This document shows positions 41,196 through 51,337 of a stretch of DNA of 56,854 nucleotides, one piece after another. Made by a program: the position numbers and the translations under genes. Source of the stretch: Anaerolineae bacterium (GTDB lineage Bacteria > Chloroflexota > Anaerolineae > JAAYZQ01). The DNA lies in assembly GCA_023544525.1 (NCBI GenBank), contig JAMJFU010000002.1, forward strand, positions 1 through 56,854, written 5' to 3'. The notes beneath the pieces are model-generated. The model was not told the origin of the DNA. It did no database searches and saw only the letters and a program-made list of their open reading frames with translations. The first letter of the stretch is position 1; each line of letters begins with the position of its first letter.

Positions 41196-42329
41196 CTAGC
41201 GGCCCCAAATGGTCTCGACGACGGCAAAGTATGGTTTTAATGCCTTCTTTGTCTCCTCGTCTGTGACGAGGGAATCGAGCAATCGCCAGTCGGTGCCTTC
41301 GAGCTTCGACTTGGGTGGTCGCTGGCGGCGCAGCATGGTGACCGCCTGCTGGAAGAGCCGGGCAGCCAGGTCGCCGTCGCCTCGCATCGCCCAGCCAATA
41401 CCGGACAGGACCAAAAGCCTGGCGGTACCATATTGCCCCAAGGACTCCTGGAGCCACTCCAAGGCCGGCTCAGGATCGCCCAGGCGCAGCACAGATTCCA
41501 CCCAGGCATCGTGACCGTACTCAACCTGGCCCGGATCTTGACTGGCCACCTGGCGCCATTCCTCCCTGGCCTGAACCAGGTTGCCGCTGAGACTGGCGAC
41601 GAGTCCACGCTGGAAACCAGCCTGCAAGGGGTTCGGATCCCGCTCAACGTAGCGCAGCGCCTCGCTGTAGCGGCCCGCGCCGGCCAACATGGTATAGACC
41701 TCGCGGATGGTCTTGATGGTTTCGGGGTTGTGGCGCAGGGCCGCTTCCCAGGCGGCGAGGGCCTCATCCACCTCTTTCATGTCCCTGTAGAGGAGGAACC
41801 GCTCGTAGTGGATGTCGGCAAGGTCGTCGCAGTCCTCGGCCTGGCACAGGTCCAGGGCGCGGTCCAGCGTTTCTCGGCTCTCGGCGAACTGTCCCTCGAT
41901 CCGGGCCTCGGAGCCGATAAGTAACCAGCCACCGACGTGTTGCGCTTTTTGCTCCGCCAGGGTTCGCAGCTCGGCGAGACCTTCTTCCACCTCCCCCTTG
42001 GCGATGCGCAGCACGGCCAGATCCCGGCGCCAATCCTCGGCTTCTTCAGGATGGGTTTCCAGCAGGACCTCTTCCACCTCCAGCGCTTCGGCAAAGCGCC
42101 CCATTTGGTGGAGCAGAGAAGTCAACTCCAGGCGTGCCCGGCGGTGCAGGTCACGCAATTCGGGGCGCCGCTCCAGGATCTGATCGCTGAGGCGCAGCAA
42201 CCGCTCAACCAGCCGCCGGTAGAGCGCGATGGCCCCTTCCACGTCGCCCGATCTTACCAGGCTGTGGGCCCGGCTATGGAGCCCTTCGTAGCTGTCGGCC
42301 AGAGGCGTGCGAGGTGGGGGTGTGCTCAT
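41196..42329 (-). CDS. Tetratricopeptide (TPR) repeat protein
   Basis: 377 aa of repeated A/L/Y/E-rich helical hairpins (e.g. ALRYVERDPN, AIALYRRLVE). ATGA overlap with the DedA stop. Confidence 0.75.
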   Translation of the reverse strand: MSTPPPRTPLADSYEGLHSRAHSLVRSGDVEGAIALYRRLVERLLRLSDQILERRPELRDLHRRARLELTSLLHQMGRFAEALEVEEVLLETHPEEAEDWRRDLAVLRIAKGEVEEGLAELRTLAEQKAQHVGGWLLIGSEARIEGQFAESRETLDRALDLCQAEDCDDLADIHYERFLLYRDMKEVDEALAAWEAALRHNPETIKTIREVYTMLAGAGRYSEALRYVERDPNPLQAGFQRGLVASLSGNLVQAREEWRQVASQDPGQVEYGHDAWVESVLRLGDPEPALEWLQESLGQYGTARLLVLSGIGWAMRGDGDLAARLFQQAVTMLRRQRPPKSKLEGTDWRLLDSLVTDEETKKALKPYFAVVETIWGR

Positions 42330-42994
42330 TGGCCGCTCTCGATGTCGGCGATGGTGGCATGCTTTCGACCCTTGCGCAGGTGGCGGTAGACGTAGTAGGC
42401 CAGGGCAGCCACGATGACGATGGCAATGGGTATGTCAAAGGGTCGCATGATGGCCCGCAACTCCTCCCAGTGTTCACCAAAGTAGTAGCCACCCAGGGCC
42501 AAAAGGCCGCACCAGATGAACGAGCCGACAAAGCTATAGACCGTAAACCGAGGGAAGCTCATGCGCACCACGCCTGCCGGGAAGGAGATGAAGGTGCGCA
42601 CAATGGGCAGCAGCCGCGACAGGAATGCAGCCCAGTCTCCCCAACGGGCAAACCATTGGTCGGCCTTTTCCAGATCTTCCTGATGGACCAGGATGTACTT
42701 GCCATAGCGCTCCACCAAGGGCCGGCCGCCCCAGGCACCGAGCGCATAGGAGATTACGGATCCGAGGGTGCAGCCCACTGCACCCCACAACCCCCCTTGC
42801 CAGAGGGCCTGGAAGGCCGATAGGCCCTTGGCCTGGACCAACATCCAGCCGGACAGAGGCATGGTCACTTCGCTGGGGATGGGGATATTGGCACTTTCCA
42901 GGGCCATGATGACCACCACCCCGAACCAACCAATGGTCTGAAACAGGTTGCTCAGGAACTCGACCAGCTGATGCTCTAGTGCTTCCACGCGCAT
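42326..42994 (-). CDS. DedA-family membrane protein
   Basis: 222 aa. ESANIPIPSEV...G...G...ISFPAG... pattern, and a membrane profile typical of DedA/SNARE-associated proteins. Confidence 0.85.
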   Translation of the reverse strand: MRVEALEHQLVEFLSNLFQTIGWFGVVVIMALESANIPIPSEVTMPLSGWMLVQAKGLSAFQALWQGGLWGAVGCTLGSVISYALGAWGGRPLVERYGKYILVHQEDLEKADQWFARWGDWAAFLSRLLPIVRTFISFPAGVVRMSFPRFTVYSFVGSFIWCGLLALGGYYFGEHWEELRAIMRPFDIPIAIVIVAALAYYVYRHLRKGRKHATIADIESGQ

Positions 42995-43122
42995 ACACTC
43001 CTAAAGACCTGGGTTCTGGACTGCCACCCCCTGGCTAGGCTGTGGAGTCGCTGTGCCTGCAAGGGGACCGGAGCTGCCAGGGTGTGCCTTTTCCCCTTTC
43101 CCGGATCCAGGACGGGCGGCCC

Positions 43123-43151
43123 ATTATAGCATCAGGGTAGGGGCTTGGCAA
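43123..43151 (-). promoter_or_regulatory. Promoter TTGCCA-N17-TATAAT (DedA/TPR operon)
   Basis: On the minus strand, -35 is at 43146-43151 and -10 is at 43123-43128, in the context GCTATAATGG. This leaves a leader of about 120 nt. Confidence 0.35.
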
Positions 43152-43171
43152 ATCAGTGGCGCGAGACGGTT

Positions 43172-43200
43172 TTGACATCGGGCTGGAAATGGCATACAAT
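43172..43200 (+). promoter_or_regulatory. Near-consensus promoter TTGACA-N17-TACAAT for the leuC-like operon
   Basis: -35 at 43172-43177 and -10 at 43195-43200, about 70 nt upstream of ATG 43273. Confidence 0.55.
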
Positions 43201-43272
43201 ACCGCCGACTGGCGTTCAGGTCATCTTGTCTCACAAACAAACGTTTTGTGCATCAAAGGGGGTGCATACAGC

Positions 43273-44526
43273 ATGGGCAAGACCTTTGCCGAAAAGATCC
43301 TCGCCGCGAAGGCAGGACTCGACGAAACCGTGCCGGGCCAGATCGTCACCGTGCAGCCTGACAGGCTCCTCACCCACGATAACACGTCGGCCATTGCCAA
43401 GACCTTCCGCAAGATAGGGACCGACCGCGTGGCAAACCCGAACATGAACGTGATCATACTGGATCACGTCGTGCCTGCCGCCAACGAGACCTATGCCCAG
43501 AGCCACAAGGAGACGCGCGAGTTCGTGCAGCAACAGGGCATTGAAGCGTTTTACGACGTGGGAGAGGGGATCTGCCACCAGGTGCTGCCAGAGCAGGGAC
43601 ACGCGCTGCCAGGCATGCTCATCGTCGGCAGTGACTCGCACACACCCAGCCACGGCGCCCTGGGTGCCTTTGCTGCCGGCATTGGCCGCACCGAGGCTGC
43701 TGCGGTCATGGCCACAGGCGAGATCTGGCTCCGTGTCCCGGAGAGCATGCGCATCGAGGTGACGGGAGAGATGCCGCCCCAGGTCTCTGCCAAGGACCTG
43801 GTGCTGCACATCATCGGTGATATCGGCGCCGATGGGGCCGACTATATGTCGGTCGAGTTCGCAGGCCCCACCATCGAGTCCATGAGCATCGCCGGCCGGC
43901 AGGTGCTGTGCAACATGGCTGCCGAGATGGGCGCCAAGAATGGCTACGTGGCGCCCGACGAGACAACGCGACAGTGGCTTGCTGGTCGGACCACGTCTAC
44001 CTACGATGAGATCCTGCCCGATGAGGATGCGGATTATGCCAGGGTCCTGCACTACGACGTGAGTGGCCTCATGCCGCAGATCGCCAGGCCCCATCGCGTG
44101 GACAACGTGGTGCCGGTGACCCAGGTAACGGGCCTCCCGATCAACCAGGCCCTCATCGGTACGTGCACCAACGGCCGTCTCGAAGACCTCCGGGCGGCGG
44201 CTCAAATCCTGCGTGGAAAACAGATCGCGCCCTGGGTCCGGCTGCTGGTCCTGCCTGCCTCCCGCGAGATCCTGTTGTCGGCCATGGAGGAGGGCATTAT
44301 CGCCGACCTGGTCAAAGCCGGAGCCACACTCCTGAACCCTGGTTGTGGCCCCTGCCTGGGTGCCCACGAAGGCTGCATGGCGCCCGGCGAGAGGACGATA
44401 TCCACGGCAAACCGCAACTTTAAGGGCCGGATGGGAAGCCGTGAGGCCGAGATCTATTTGGGTAGCCCGGCCACGGTAGCGGCATCGGCGCTCCGCGGCG
44501 CCATCACTGACCCGCGCGAGTTATAG
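43273..44526 (+). CDS. leuC: 3-isopropylmalate dehydratase / homoaconitase large subunit (archaeal-type, about 418 aa)
   Basis: Track ORF 43156..44526. ATG 43273 with AAAGGGGG RBS. Motifs GSDSHT, CTNGR and NPGCGPC (aconitase-family Fe-S ligands). Confidence 0.9.
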   Translation: MGKTFAEKILAAKAGLDETVPGQIVTVQPDRLLTHDNTSAIAKTFRKIGTDRVANPNMNVIILDHVVPAANETYAQSHKETREFVQQQGIEAFYDVGEGICHQVLPEQGHALPGMLIVGSDSHTPSHGALGAFAAGIGRTEAAAVMATGEIWLRVPESMRIEVTGEMPPQVSAKDLVLHIIGDIGADGADYMSVEFAGPTIESMSIAGRQVLCNMAAEMGAKNGYVAPDETTRQWLAGRTTSTYDEILPDEDADYARVLHYDVSGLMPQIARPHRVDNVVPVTQVTGLPINQALIGTCTNGRLEDLRAAAQILRGKQIAPWVRLLVLPASREILLSAMEEGIIADLVKAGATLLNPGCGPCLGAHEGCMAPGERTISTANRNFKGRMGSREAEIYLGSPATVAASALRGAITDPREL

Positions 44527-44655
44527 AGCTCGCCAGCCAAGACGGTCCAGCGTGATCCCCGATCGCTGCAACGCGGACAGCAACTGGCAGCTACAGCGCA
44601 CGGTGGTCATCATCGGGTGGGATGGGGTGGATCCTAGCTAATTGGGAGGCAAGAC

Positions 44656-45153
44656 TTGAAGACGATAATCAAGGGAAGGGTGTGGAAGTATGGGGATGAC
44701 GTCAACACCGACGTCATCTTTCCTGGAAAGTATACGTACAGCATCACAGATCGCAAAGAGATGGCCGAGCACGCTCTCGAAGATCTCGATCCCGACTTTG
44801 TGAAGAAAGTGCAGCCGGGTGACATCATCGTTGCGGGCAAGAACTGGGGCTGCGGTAGCTCCAGAGAACAGGCGGTCATCAGCCTGAAGGAAGCAGGGGT
44901 GGGGGCGATCGTCGCCCGCTCTTTTGCCCGGATCTATTTCCGCAACTGTATCAACGAAGGGCTGCCCATCGTCACCTGCGACGCCGTGGATTCGGTAGAG
45001 ACCGGAGACGAGATCACGATAGACTTTGGACAGGGTAAGGTGATCACGCCCCGGGCCGAGTATCACTTCCCGCCGCTTGCGCCTTCGGTCATGGAGATTC
45101 TGGACGCAGGCGGGCTGGTACCTCACGTCAAGCAGAAGCTCGGGATCGCCTAG
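44656..45153 (+). CDS. leuD: 3-isopropylmalate dehydratase / homoaconitase small subunit
   Basis: TTG 44656 with GGGAGG RBS. GRVWKYGDDVNTDVIFPGKY...GKNWGCGSSREQA. Confidence 0.9.
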   Translation: MKTIIKGRVWKYGDDVNTDVIFPGKYTYSITDRKEMAEHALEDLDPDFVKKVQPGDIIVAGKNWGCGSSREQAVISLKEAGVGAIVARSFARIYFRNCINEGLPIVTCDAVDSVETGDEITIDFGQGKVITPRAEYHFPPLAPSVMEILDAGGLVPHVKQKLGIA

Positions 45154-45264
45154 CAGAGGGCGCATCAGGCGCAGAGGTAGTAGTGGTCAAGTAGTCACTG
45201 GCAAAGGCAGAGGTTCTTTGCCTGGGTCTTTGGATTCAACTCAACACAAGGAGGATTACTCGTA

Positions 45265-46356
45265 ATGGCCAAGTACAGAATCGCCTGGCTGCCCGGCGAT
45301 GGCATCGGCAAGGATGTCGCCGAAGCAGCGAGGATTGTCCTGGACCGTCTAGACGTGGATGCTGAATATATCCATGGCGATATTGGCTGGGAGTTCTGGC
45401 GTACGGAGGGGGAGCCCCTCCCCAAGCGCACCCTGGATATGATGAAGGAGACGGACTGCGCATTTTTCGCCGCCATCACGTCCAAAGGCAGGGATGTGGC
45501 CGACGCGGAGCTCCTGCCCGAGCTCCAGGGCAAGGGTTTTGTTTATCGCAGCCCCATCGTGCGCATGCGGCAATTGCTCGACCTGTACATCTGTCTGCGG
45601 CCGTGCAAGGCCTATCCGGGCAACCCGTTGAACTACAAGGACTTGATCGACCTGGTCGTCTTTCGGGAGAATACCGAGGGGATGTACATTGGCGTCGAGT
45701 TCCCAAAGGTCCCCGAGGAGTTTTACGCTGTCAAGGGTACAGAAAAGCTGCCCCGCGATGCAGCTATCTCCCTCCGGGCCGTGACCCCGGGCGGCTCGGA
45801 GCGCATTGTGCGCGCTGCCTTTGAGTATGCCCAAAAGTACGGTCGCAAGAGAGTGACCGCGGTGCACAAAGCCAACGTCCTGCGACAGACTGACGGGGTG
45901 TTCATGGAAGCAGCCCGCAAGGTCGCAGCCGAATACCCCGAAATCGCGTTCAACAATGCCAACATCGACGCCATGGGCATGTGGCTGCTCAAAGATCCCT
46001 ACAACTATGACGTCATCGTCACCACCAACCTCTTTGGCGACATCATCTCGGACCTTTGCGCCCAGATGGTCGGTGGCCTGGGCTTTGGCTGCAGCGGGAA
46101 TATCGGCACGGACTATGCCGTATTCGAGCCGACGCATGGTTCTGCACCCAAGTATGCGGGACAGTACAAGGTGAACCCCATCGCCACCATCTTGGCGGCC
46201 AAGATGATGCTCGACTGGCTGGGTGAAACCGACAAGGGGGCGCAGCTGGAAGCGGCAGTAGCTGAGGTGATCAAAGAGGGCAAGGTCCGCACGTACGACA
46301 TGGGCGGTGATAGCGGCACGCTGGAGATGGCCGAGGCGATCGCCGCCAAGCTCTAG
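45265..46356 (+). CDS. leuB: Isopropylmalate/homoisocitrate/isocitrate dehydrogenase-family enzyme (leuB-like by context)
   Basis: IAWLPGDGIGKDV, RENTEGMY and NLFGDIISDL motifs. AAGGAGG RBS. Substrate specificity cannot be decided from sequence reading. Confidence 0.85.
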   Translation: MAKYRIAWLPGDGIGKDVAEAARIVLDRLDVDAEYIHGDIGWEFWRTEGEPLPKRTLDMMKETDCAFFAAITSKGRDVADAELLPELQGKGFVYRSPIVRMRQLLDLYICLRPCKAYPGNPLNYKDLIDLVVFRENTEGMYIGVEFPKVPEEFYAVKGTEKLPRDAAISLRAVTPGGSERIVRAAFEYAQKYGRKRVTAVHKANVLRQTDGVFMEAARKVAAEYPEIAFNNANIDAMGMWLLKDPYNYDVIVTTNLFGDIISDLCAQMVGGLGFGCSGNIGTDYAVFEPTHGSAPKYAGQYKVNPIATILAAKMMLDWLGETDKGAQLEAAVAEVIKEGKVRTYDMGGDSGTLEMAEAIAAKL

Positions 46357-46515
46357 GCCAGAGGGGCGGTGCACCCGGTGAGCGCGCCGCCCTTGTACCT
46401 CACTGGTATACAGGGCCTCTGAAACCAGGCCCACTCTTTGGGTGAAGGAGAGGGAGGGCGCAGCCAGCGCTGAACCTCCCTCCCACCATTCCTGGTAGGT
46501 GAAAGGGTCGTTGCT

Positions 46516-46710
46516 ATGGACACACTGATCGATCTGTTGCCCTTCCTCGTCCCTATCCTCTTGCTCCAGATCGCGCTTATGGTCGTCGCCCTGGTAGACC
46601 TGATCCGTCGTGAACGCACGCGGGGGCCCAAGTGGGTCTGGGCAGTAGTGATTGTCTTCTTTAACATCCTCGGCCCGGTCATCTATCTCGTCGCCGGCCG
46701 GGAGGAGTAG
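46516..46710 (+). CDS. Small membrane protein, PLD-nuclease N-terminal (PLDc_N) domain-like
   Basis: 64 aa with two TM segments. Pattern ...LVDLIRRE.....KWVWAVVIVFFNILGPVIYLV.GR. Confidence 0.7.
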   Translation: MDTLIDLLPFLVPILLLQIALMVVALVDLIRRERTRGPKWVWAVVIVFFNILGPVIYLVAGREE

Positions 46711-46711
46711 T

Positions 46712-47653
46712 ATGCCCGCCATCCGCATCGAGGGACTCACCAAGCGTTTCGGCAAGGTGCAAGCGCTGGATGGGCTCAGCCTGGCTGTTGAGCCTGGATC
46801 GGTCTTTGGGTTTCTGGGGCCGAACGGCGCTGGCAAGACGACAACCATCCGCATCCTGACGGGCCTGGCGCGAGCTGACGCGGGACGGGGCTGGATCGAC
46901 GGGGTGGAGGTGACCGCGGATCCAAGCGACGCGAGCCGCCGCATCGGATACCTGCCCCAGGACCCCTCGTTCTATCCCTGGATGACGGCACGGGAGTTCA
47001 TCGACTATATCGGCCGTGTCTTTGGCCTCCCCGCTGGCGAGCGTACAGCGCGCACGAACGAGCTCCTGGAGCTGGCCGGGTTGGCAGAGGACGCTGACCG
47101 GCGCATCGGCGGCTTTTCAGGGGGAATGGGCCAAAGGCTGGGCATTGCCCAGGCCCTGGTTAACCATCCCCCGGTGCTGCTGTTGGACGAGCCGGTGAGT
47201 GGCCTGGATCCCGCCGGGCGCCGGGAGCTGTTGCAGCTGATCGAGCGGCTCCGCGGGCAGTGTACGGTATTCATGTCGACCCATATCCTGGCGGATGTCG
47301 AGCGCGTGTGCGACGCAGTGGCTATCATCAGCCGGGGCCGGCTGGTGGCTGAGGCGCCTCAGCAAGAGCTGCTGCAACGCTACGCTGTCCCGGCCTTTGA
47401 GATAGAGGTGGATAACCGCTTCGGCGGGCAACTCTCGGCGTGGGCCGGCGGGCTCCGGGCACAACCGTGGGTGACGTCGGTCACGCTCGACCGGAGCAAG
47501 GCACGGGTGATTGTCGACGACCTTGATGCCGCCCGGCGCGAGTTGCTGGCATCTGCCCTCGCCGCTGGGCTGGTCCTCAATCGCTACGAGATGGTGCGGC
47601 CGTCACTGGAGGACGTCTTCCTCAGGCTGGTCGAAGGCGGAGGTGAGCCGTGA
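46712..47653 (+). CDS. ABC transporter ATP-binding protein
   Basis: Track ORF 46652..47653. ATG 46712 is 1 nt after the upstream stop. GPNGAGKTT, FSGGMGQRLGIAQAL and LLLDEP. Confidence 0.9.
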   Translation: MPAIRIEGLTKRFGKVQALDGLSLAVEPGSVFGFLGPNGAGKTTTIRILTGLARADAGRGWIDGVEVTADPSDASRRIGYLPQDPSFYPWMTAREFIDYIGRVFGLPAGERTARTNELLELAGLAEDADRRIGGFSGGMGQRLGIAQALVNHPPVLLLDEPVSGLDPAGRRELLQLIERLRGQCTVFMSTHILADVERVCDAVAIISRGRLVAEAPQQELLQRYAVPAFEIEVDNRFGGQLSAWAGGLRAQPWVTSVTLDRSKARVIVDDLDAARRELLASALAAGLVLNRYEMVRPSLEDVFLRLVEGGGEP

Positions 47654-48414
47654 GGATCCTGTGGGTTGTGTTACGCAAGGAATTGATGGAGCAGTGGCGG
47701 TCCTACCGGCTGCTCATCGTGGGTGTGGTGCTGCTGCTGTTCGGCCTGGCATCTCCGCTGCTGGCCAGGTATACGCCCGAGATCCTGCGCCTGGCCCTGC
47801 CGGAAGGGGAGGAGATCCTCAGCCTGATCCCTCCTCCGACCGTGGCAGATGCCGTGTCGCAGTACCTGAAGAACATCACCCAGTTCGGCGTTTTGCTGGC
47901 GGTCCTGATGGCGATGGGTGCGGTGGCCCTGGAGAAGGACAAGGGAACGGCAGGGCTGATGCTGGTCAAGCCGATCCCGCGTGGCATCTTTCTCAGCGCC
48001 AAGTTCCTGGCTTTGGGATTGACCTTCGCAGCCGGCATTCTCCTCGCAGCAGTCGCTGGCTACTACTATACCTTGTTGCTTTTTGAGCCGCTCAGCCTAT
48101 CTGCGTGGCTGGGGCTCAATGGCTTGTTGCTTGTCTTTATCCTGGTCTATGTGGCGTTGACGCTGCTGTGCAGCACTTTGACCGAGTCTCAGGTGGTCAG
48201 CGGTGGCCTGGCTTTGGGCTTTGTCGTAGTCTTGAGTGGGCTGGGCGCAGTGCCCAGGCTGGGCGATTATCTGCCAGGCCAACTGAATGCGTGGGCCGCC
48301 GGGCTCTTCACCACCAATGGAGAACCGGCCTGGTCCGCGCTGGCCGTGAGCCTGGGCCTGATCGTGGGCGCGCTGGCCGTCGCCTGGCTGTTCTTTGAGC
48401 GCCAGGAGTTGTAA
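47650..48414 (+). CDS. ABC-2 family transporter permease
   Basis: GTGA overlap with the ATPase stop (the start codon at 47650-47652 is GTG). 254 aa with six hydrophobic segments. Confidence 0.8.
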   Translation: MRILWVVLRKELMEQWRSYRLLIVGVVLLLFGLASPLLARYTPEILRLALPEGEEILSLIPPPTVADAVSQYLKNITQFGVLLAVLMAMGAVALEKDKGTAGLMLVKPIPRGIFLSAKFLALGLTFAAGILLAAVAGYYYTLLLFEPLSLSAWLGLNGLLLVFILVYVALTLLCSTLTESQVVSGGLALGFVVVLSGLGAVPRLGDYLPGQLNAWAAGLFTTNGEPAWSALAVSLGLIVGALAVAWLFFERQEL

Positions 48415-48484
48415 CGCGGTCCAGGGCGGCACCGCCTGGTGGTGCCTGCCCTTGGGCATGAGGGCAGAGAAGGAGCGATAGCAG

Positions 48485-49699
48485 ATGGAATTCGGCTGGA
48501 ACGAGGAGCAGCGTCTGTGGCGACAGGCGGTCCGTGATTTTGCGCAGAGTGAGATCGCGCCCCGGGTGCGTGAGATCGATCAGGAGGAGCGGATCCCACC
48601 AGAGATCATCAAGGGCATGGCGCGTATGGGACTCCTGGCCCCGCTCTGCCCCGAAGAGTACGGTGGGGCCGGCATGGACTGGACCATGGCGGCCATCGCC
48701 GCCGAGGAGTTGGGGCGGGCGGATATCAGCCTGGCCGTGCCTGTGCTATACCTGGTGGAGGCTGCCTGGGGCTTTGTCTTTGAGCAGTATGGACCGCCAG
48801 AACTCAAAGCCGAGGTGCTGCCCCGGGTGACGGCGGGCGAGGCCTTTCTGGGCATAGCCACCACCGAGCCCGAAGGGGGATCCGACATCCTGGGGGCGTG
48901 TCGCACCAAGGCTGTTAAGGACGCGGATGGCTGGCGCCTGAACGGCGAAAAGGTGTATATCAGTGGGGTCCGCGAGTCGCTAGAGATGGGCGGCATCCAT
49001 CTTTTGCTGGCCCGCACCGACCCCGATCCGGAGGCGGGACACCGGGCCTTTACGTTTTTTGGCCTGCCGCTGAAGGGTACGCCGGGCCTCACGCCGACCT
49101 TTTTCGAGGATATGGGCCGGATGGGGATCTCCACAGGCGGCTTTGCCCTGGAGGACGTGCGCCTGCCGGCGGAGCACCAGGTGGGCGAGCTAAACCGGGG
49201 ATTCTACTACGCCATGGAGGGCTTTTCCGCAGCGCGGGTGCTCATCGGGGCTACGTGCGTGGGTGCTGCCGAAGCTGTGCTCGACATGGGCATAGACCAC
49301 ATCAAGGAGCGCAAGGCCTTTGGCCGGCCCCTGGCTGCCTACGAGGGCATCTCTTTCCCGCTGGCGGACCACTATGCCAACCTGGAGAGCACGCGCTTGC
49401 TGGTCTACAAAGGCGCCTGGACGCTGGACCAGAAATATGGCCCTGGCACCAGGACCCACCACGACATTGCCCTGATCGCGGCCCTGGCCAAGCTGCGTGC
49501 ACCGAGGGTCGGCTTTGGGATCATGAATGAGGTGGCCGATTGGTTTGGGGCCATGGCCTACACCAAGGAGGCCCCGGTCGAGATGGGCATTCGCGCCATC
49601 CGCTCCTATTCCATCGGCGCTGAGGGGACGAGCAATATCATGCGGTTGATCATCACCCGTGAGCTGCTGGGCACCGAATTCCTACCCTACCGGTACTAG
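48485..49699 (+). CDS. Acyl-CoA dehydrogenase family protein
   Basis: 404 aa. ...EYGGAG...TEPEGGSD...ERKAFG..L....I...LAD... is the typical ACAD layout. Confidence 0.9.
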   Translation: MEFGWNEEQRLWRQAVRDFAQSEIAPRVREIDQEERIPPEIIKGMARMGLLAPLCPEEYGGAGMDWTMAAIAAEELGRADISLAVPVLYLVEAAWGFVFEQYGPPELKAEVLPRVTAGEAFLGIATTEPEGGSDILGACRTKAVKDADGWRLNGEKVYISGVRESLEMGGIHLLLARTDPDPEAGHRAFTFFGLPLKGTPGLTPTFFEDMGRMGISTGGFALEDVRLPAEHQVGELNRGFYYAMEGFSAARVLIGATCVGAAEAVLDMGIDHIKERKAFGRPLAAYEGISFPLADHYANLESTRLLVYKGAWTLDQKYGPGTRTHHDIALIAALAKLRAPRVGFGIMNEVADWFGAMAYTKEAPVEMGIRAIRSYSIGAEGTSNIMRLIITRELLGTEFLPYRY

Positions 49700-49778
49700 C
49701 CAGGGTGGTGCACACTGTCCAGGACAGCGCCAGGGCTGTGGTCCTGTCGATGACCTGCACGAGGAGATCTAACGTACC

Positions 49779-51287
49779 ATGACCGATTACGTCTTGGCCC
49801 TGGACCAGGGGACGACCAGTTCCAGGGCCATAGTTTTTGACCACAAGGGCCGGATCGCCAGCACGGTCCAGAAGGAATTCCGGCAGATCTATCCCCAGCC
49901 GGGTTGGGTAGAGCACGACCCGGAAGAGATCTGGAGTAGCCAACTGGCCACGGCCCGGCAGGCGCTGGACAGGGCCGGCGTCGAGGCGGCCCAATTGGCT
50001 GCGATCGGCATCACCAACCAGAGAGAGACGACAATCGTCTGGGACCGGGGCACGGGCGAGCCGCTGTACAATGCCATCGTCTGGCAGTGCCGCCGGACAG
50101 CCGCCATGTGCGACCGGCTGCGAGAGGCTGGCTGGGCCCCACCCATCCGGGACAAGACAGGGCTGGTCGTCGATGCCTACTTCTCGGCCACCAAGCTGGC
50201 CTGGTTGCTGGACGAGGTCCCGGGGTTGCGCGAGAAGGCGCAGCGGGGGGATGCCCTCTTTGGCACGGTGGATTCGTTCCTCATGTGGCGGCTCAGTGGG
50301 GGACGTTTGCACGTCACCGACGTGAGCAATGCTGCCCGTACCATGCTCTTTAACATCCACGCGCTGGACTGGGACGACGAGATCCTGGCTGAGATGCGCA
50401 TTCCCCGGACCATGCTGCCGCAGGTGCAGCCTTCCTCGCAAGTCTATGGCCGCGCCGCACCGGAGCTTTTGGGTGTGGATGTGCCTTTGGCCGGTGCTGC
50501 GGGCGATCAGCAGGCCGCCCTGTTCGGCCAGGCCTGTTACGCGCCGGGGCAGGCCAAGAACACCTACGGCACCGGCTGTTTCCTGCTGCTCAACACCGGG
50601 CACCAGGCAGTGGCCTCAGATCGAGGCCTGCTGACGACCATTGCCTGGCAACTGGGCGAGGATGGCCCGGTGACCTACGCCCTGGAAGGCAGCGTCTTTG
50701 TCGCCGGGGCGGCCATCCAGTGGCTGCGCGACGGTTTGGGGATCATAGCCCACGCCAGCGAGAGCGAATCCCTGGCCAGAGAGGTACCCGATACCGGCGG
50801 GGTGTACTTTGTGCCTGCCTTCACTGGGCTGGGCGCACCCTATTGGGATGCCTATGCCCGGGGCACCATCGTCGGCATGACCCGCGGTACCGACCGCCGG
50901 CACCTGGCCCGGGCAGCGCTGGAGGCCATCTGCTTCCAGAGCCGCGACCTCCTGGAAGCGATGGTGGCCGATTCCGGCATCCGCCTGCAGGCCCTGCGGG
51001 CGGACGGCGGCGCGGCTGCCAACGAGCTGCTGATGCAGCTCCAGGCCGACCTTCTCGGTGTGACGGTCCAGCGGCCGGCGGTTACAGAGACAACGGCCCT
51101 GGGCGCGGCGTACCTGGCGGGCCTGGCCGTTGGCTATTGGTCGGGCCTGGATGAGATCGCGGCCCAGTGGCGTGTCGATGCCGAATTCGCGCCTGGGATG
51201 GATGATGAACAGCGTGAAGGGCTCTACGCGGGCTGGCGACGGGCCGTGGAGCGGGCGCGGGGTTGGGCCAGGGCCGGTGGCAGCTAG
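49779..51287 (+). CDS. glpK: Glycerol kinase
   Basis: [40 protein letters not shown] and TYGTGCF are canonical GlpK motifs. 502 aa. Confidence 0.95.
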   Translation: MTDYVLALDQGTTSSRAIVFDHKGRIASTVQKEFRQIYPQPGWVEHDPEEIWSSQLATARQALDRAGVEAAQLAAIGITNQRETTIVWDRGTGEPLYNAIVWQCRRTAAMCDRLREAGWAPPIRDKTGLVVDAYFSATKLAWLLDEVPGLREKAQRGDALFGTVDSFLMWRLSGGRLHVTDVSNAARTMLFNIHALDWDDEILAEMRIPRTMLPQVQPSSQVYGRAAPELLGVDVPLAGAAGDQQAALFGQACYAPGQAKNTYGTGCFLLLNTGHQAVASDRGLLTTIAWQLGEDGPVTYALEGSVFVAGAAIQWLRDGLGIIAHASESESLAREVPDTGGVYFVPAFTGLGAPYWDAYARGTIVGMTRGTDRRHLARAALEAICFQSRDLLEAMVADSGIRLQALRADGGAAANELLMQLQADLLGVTVQRPAVTETTALGAAYLAGLAVGYWSGLDEIAAQWRVDAEFAPGMDDEQREGLYAGWRRAVERARGWARAGGS

Positions 51288-51337
51288 AGCCCCGGATCCG
51301 CGGCTGGCCTGAGGCGCTGGCCCACGGCCAGGCGTGG

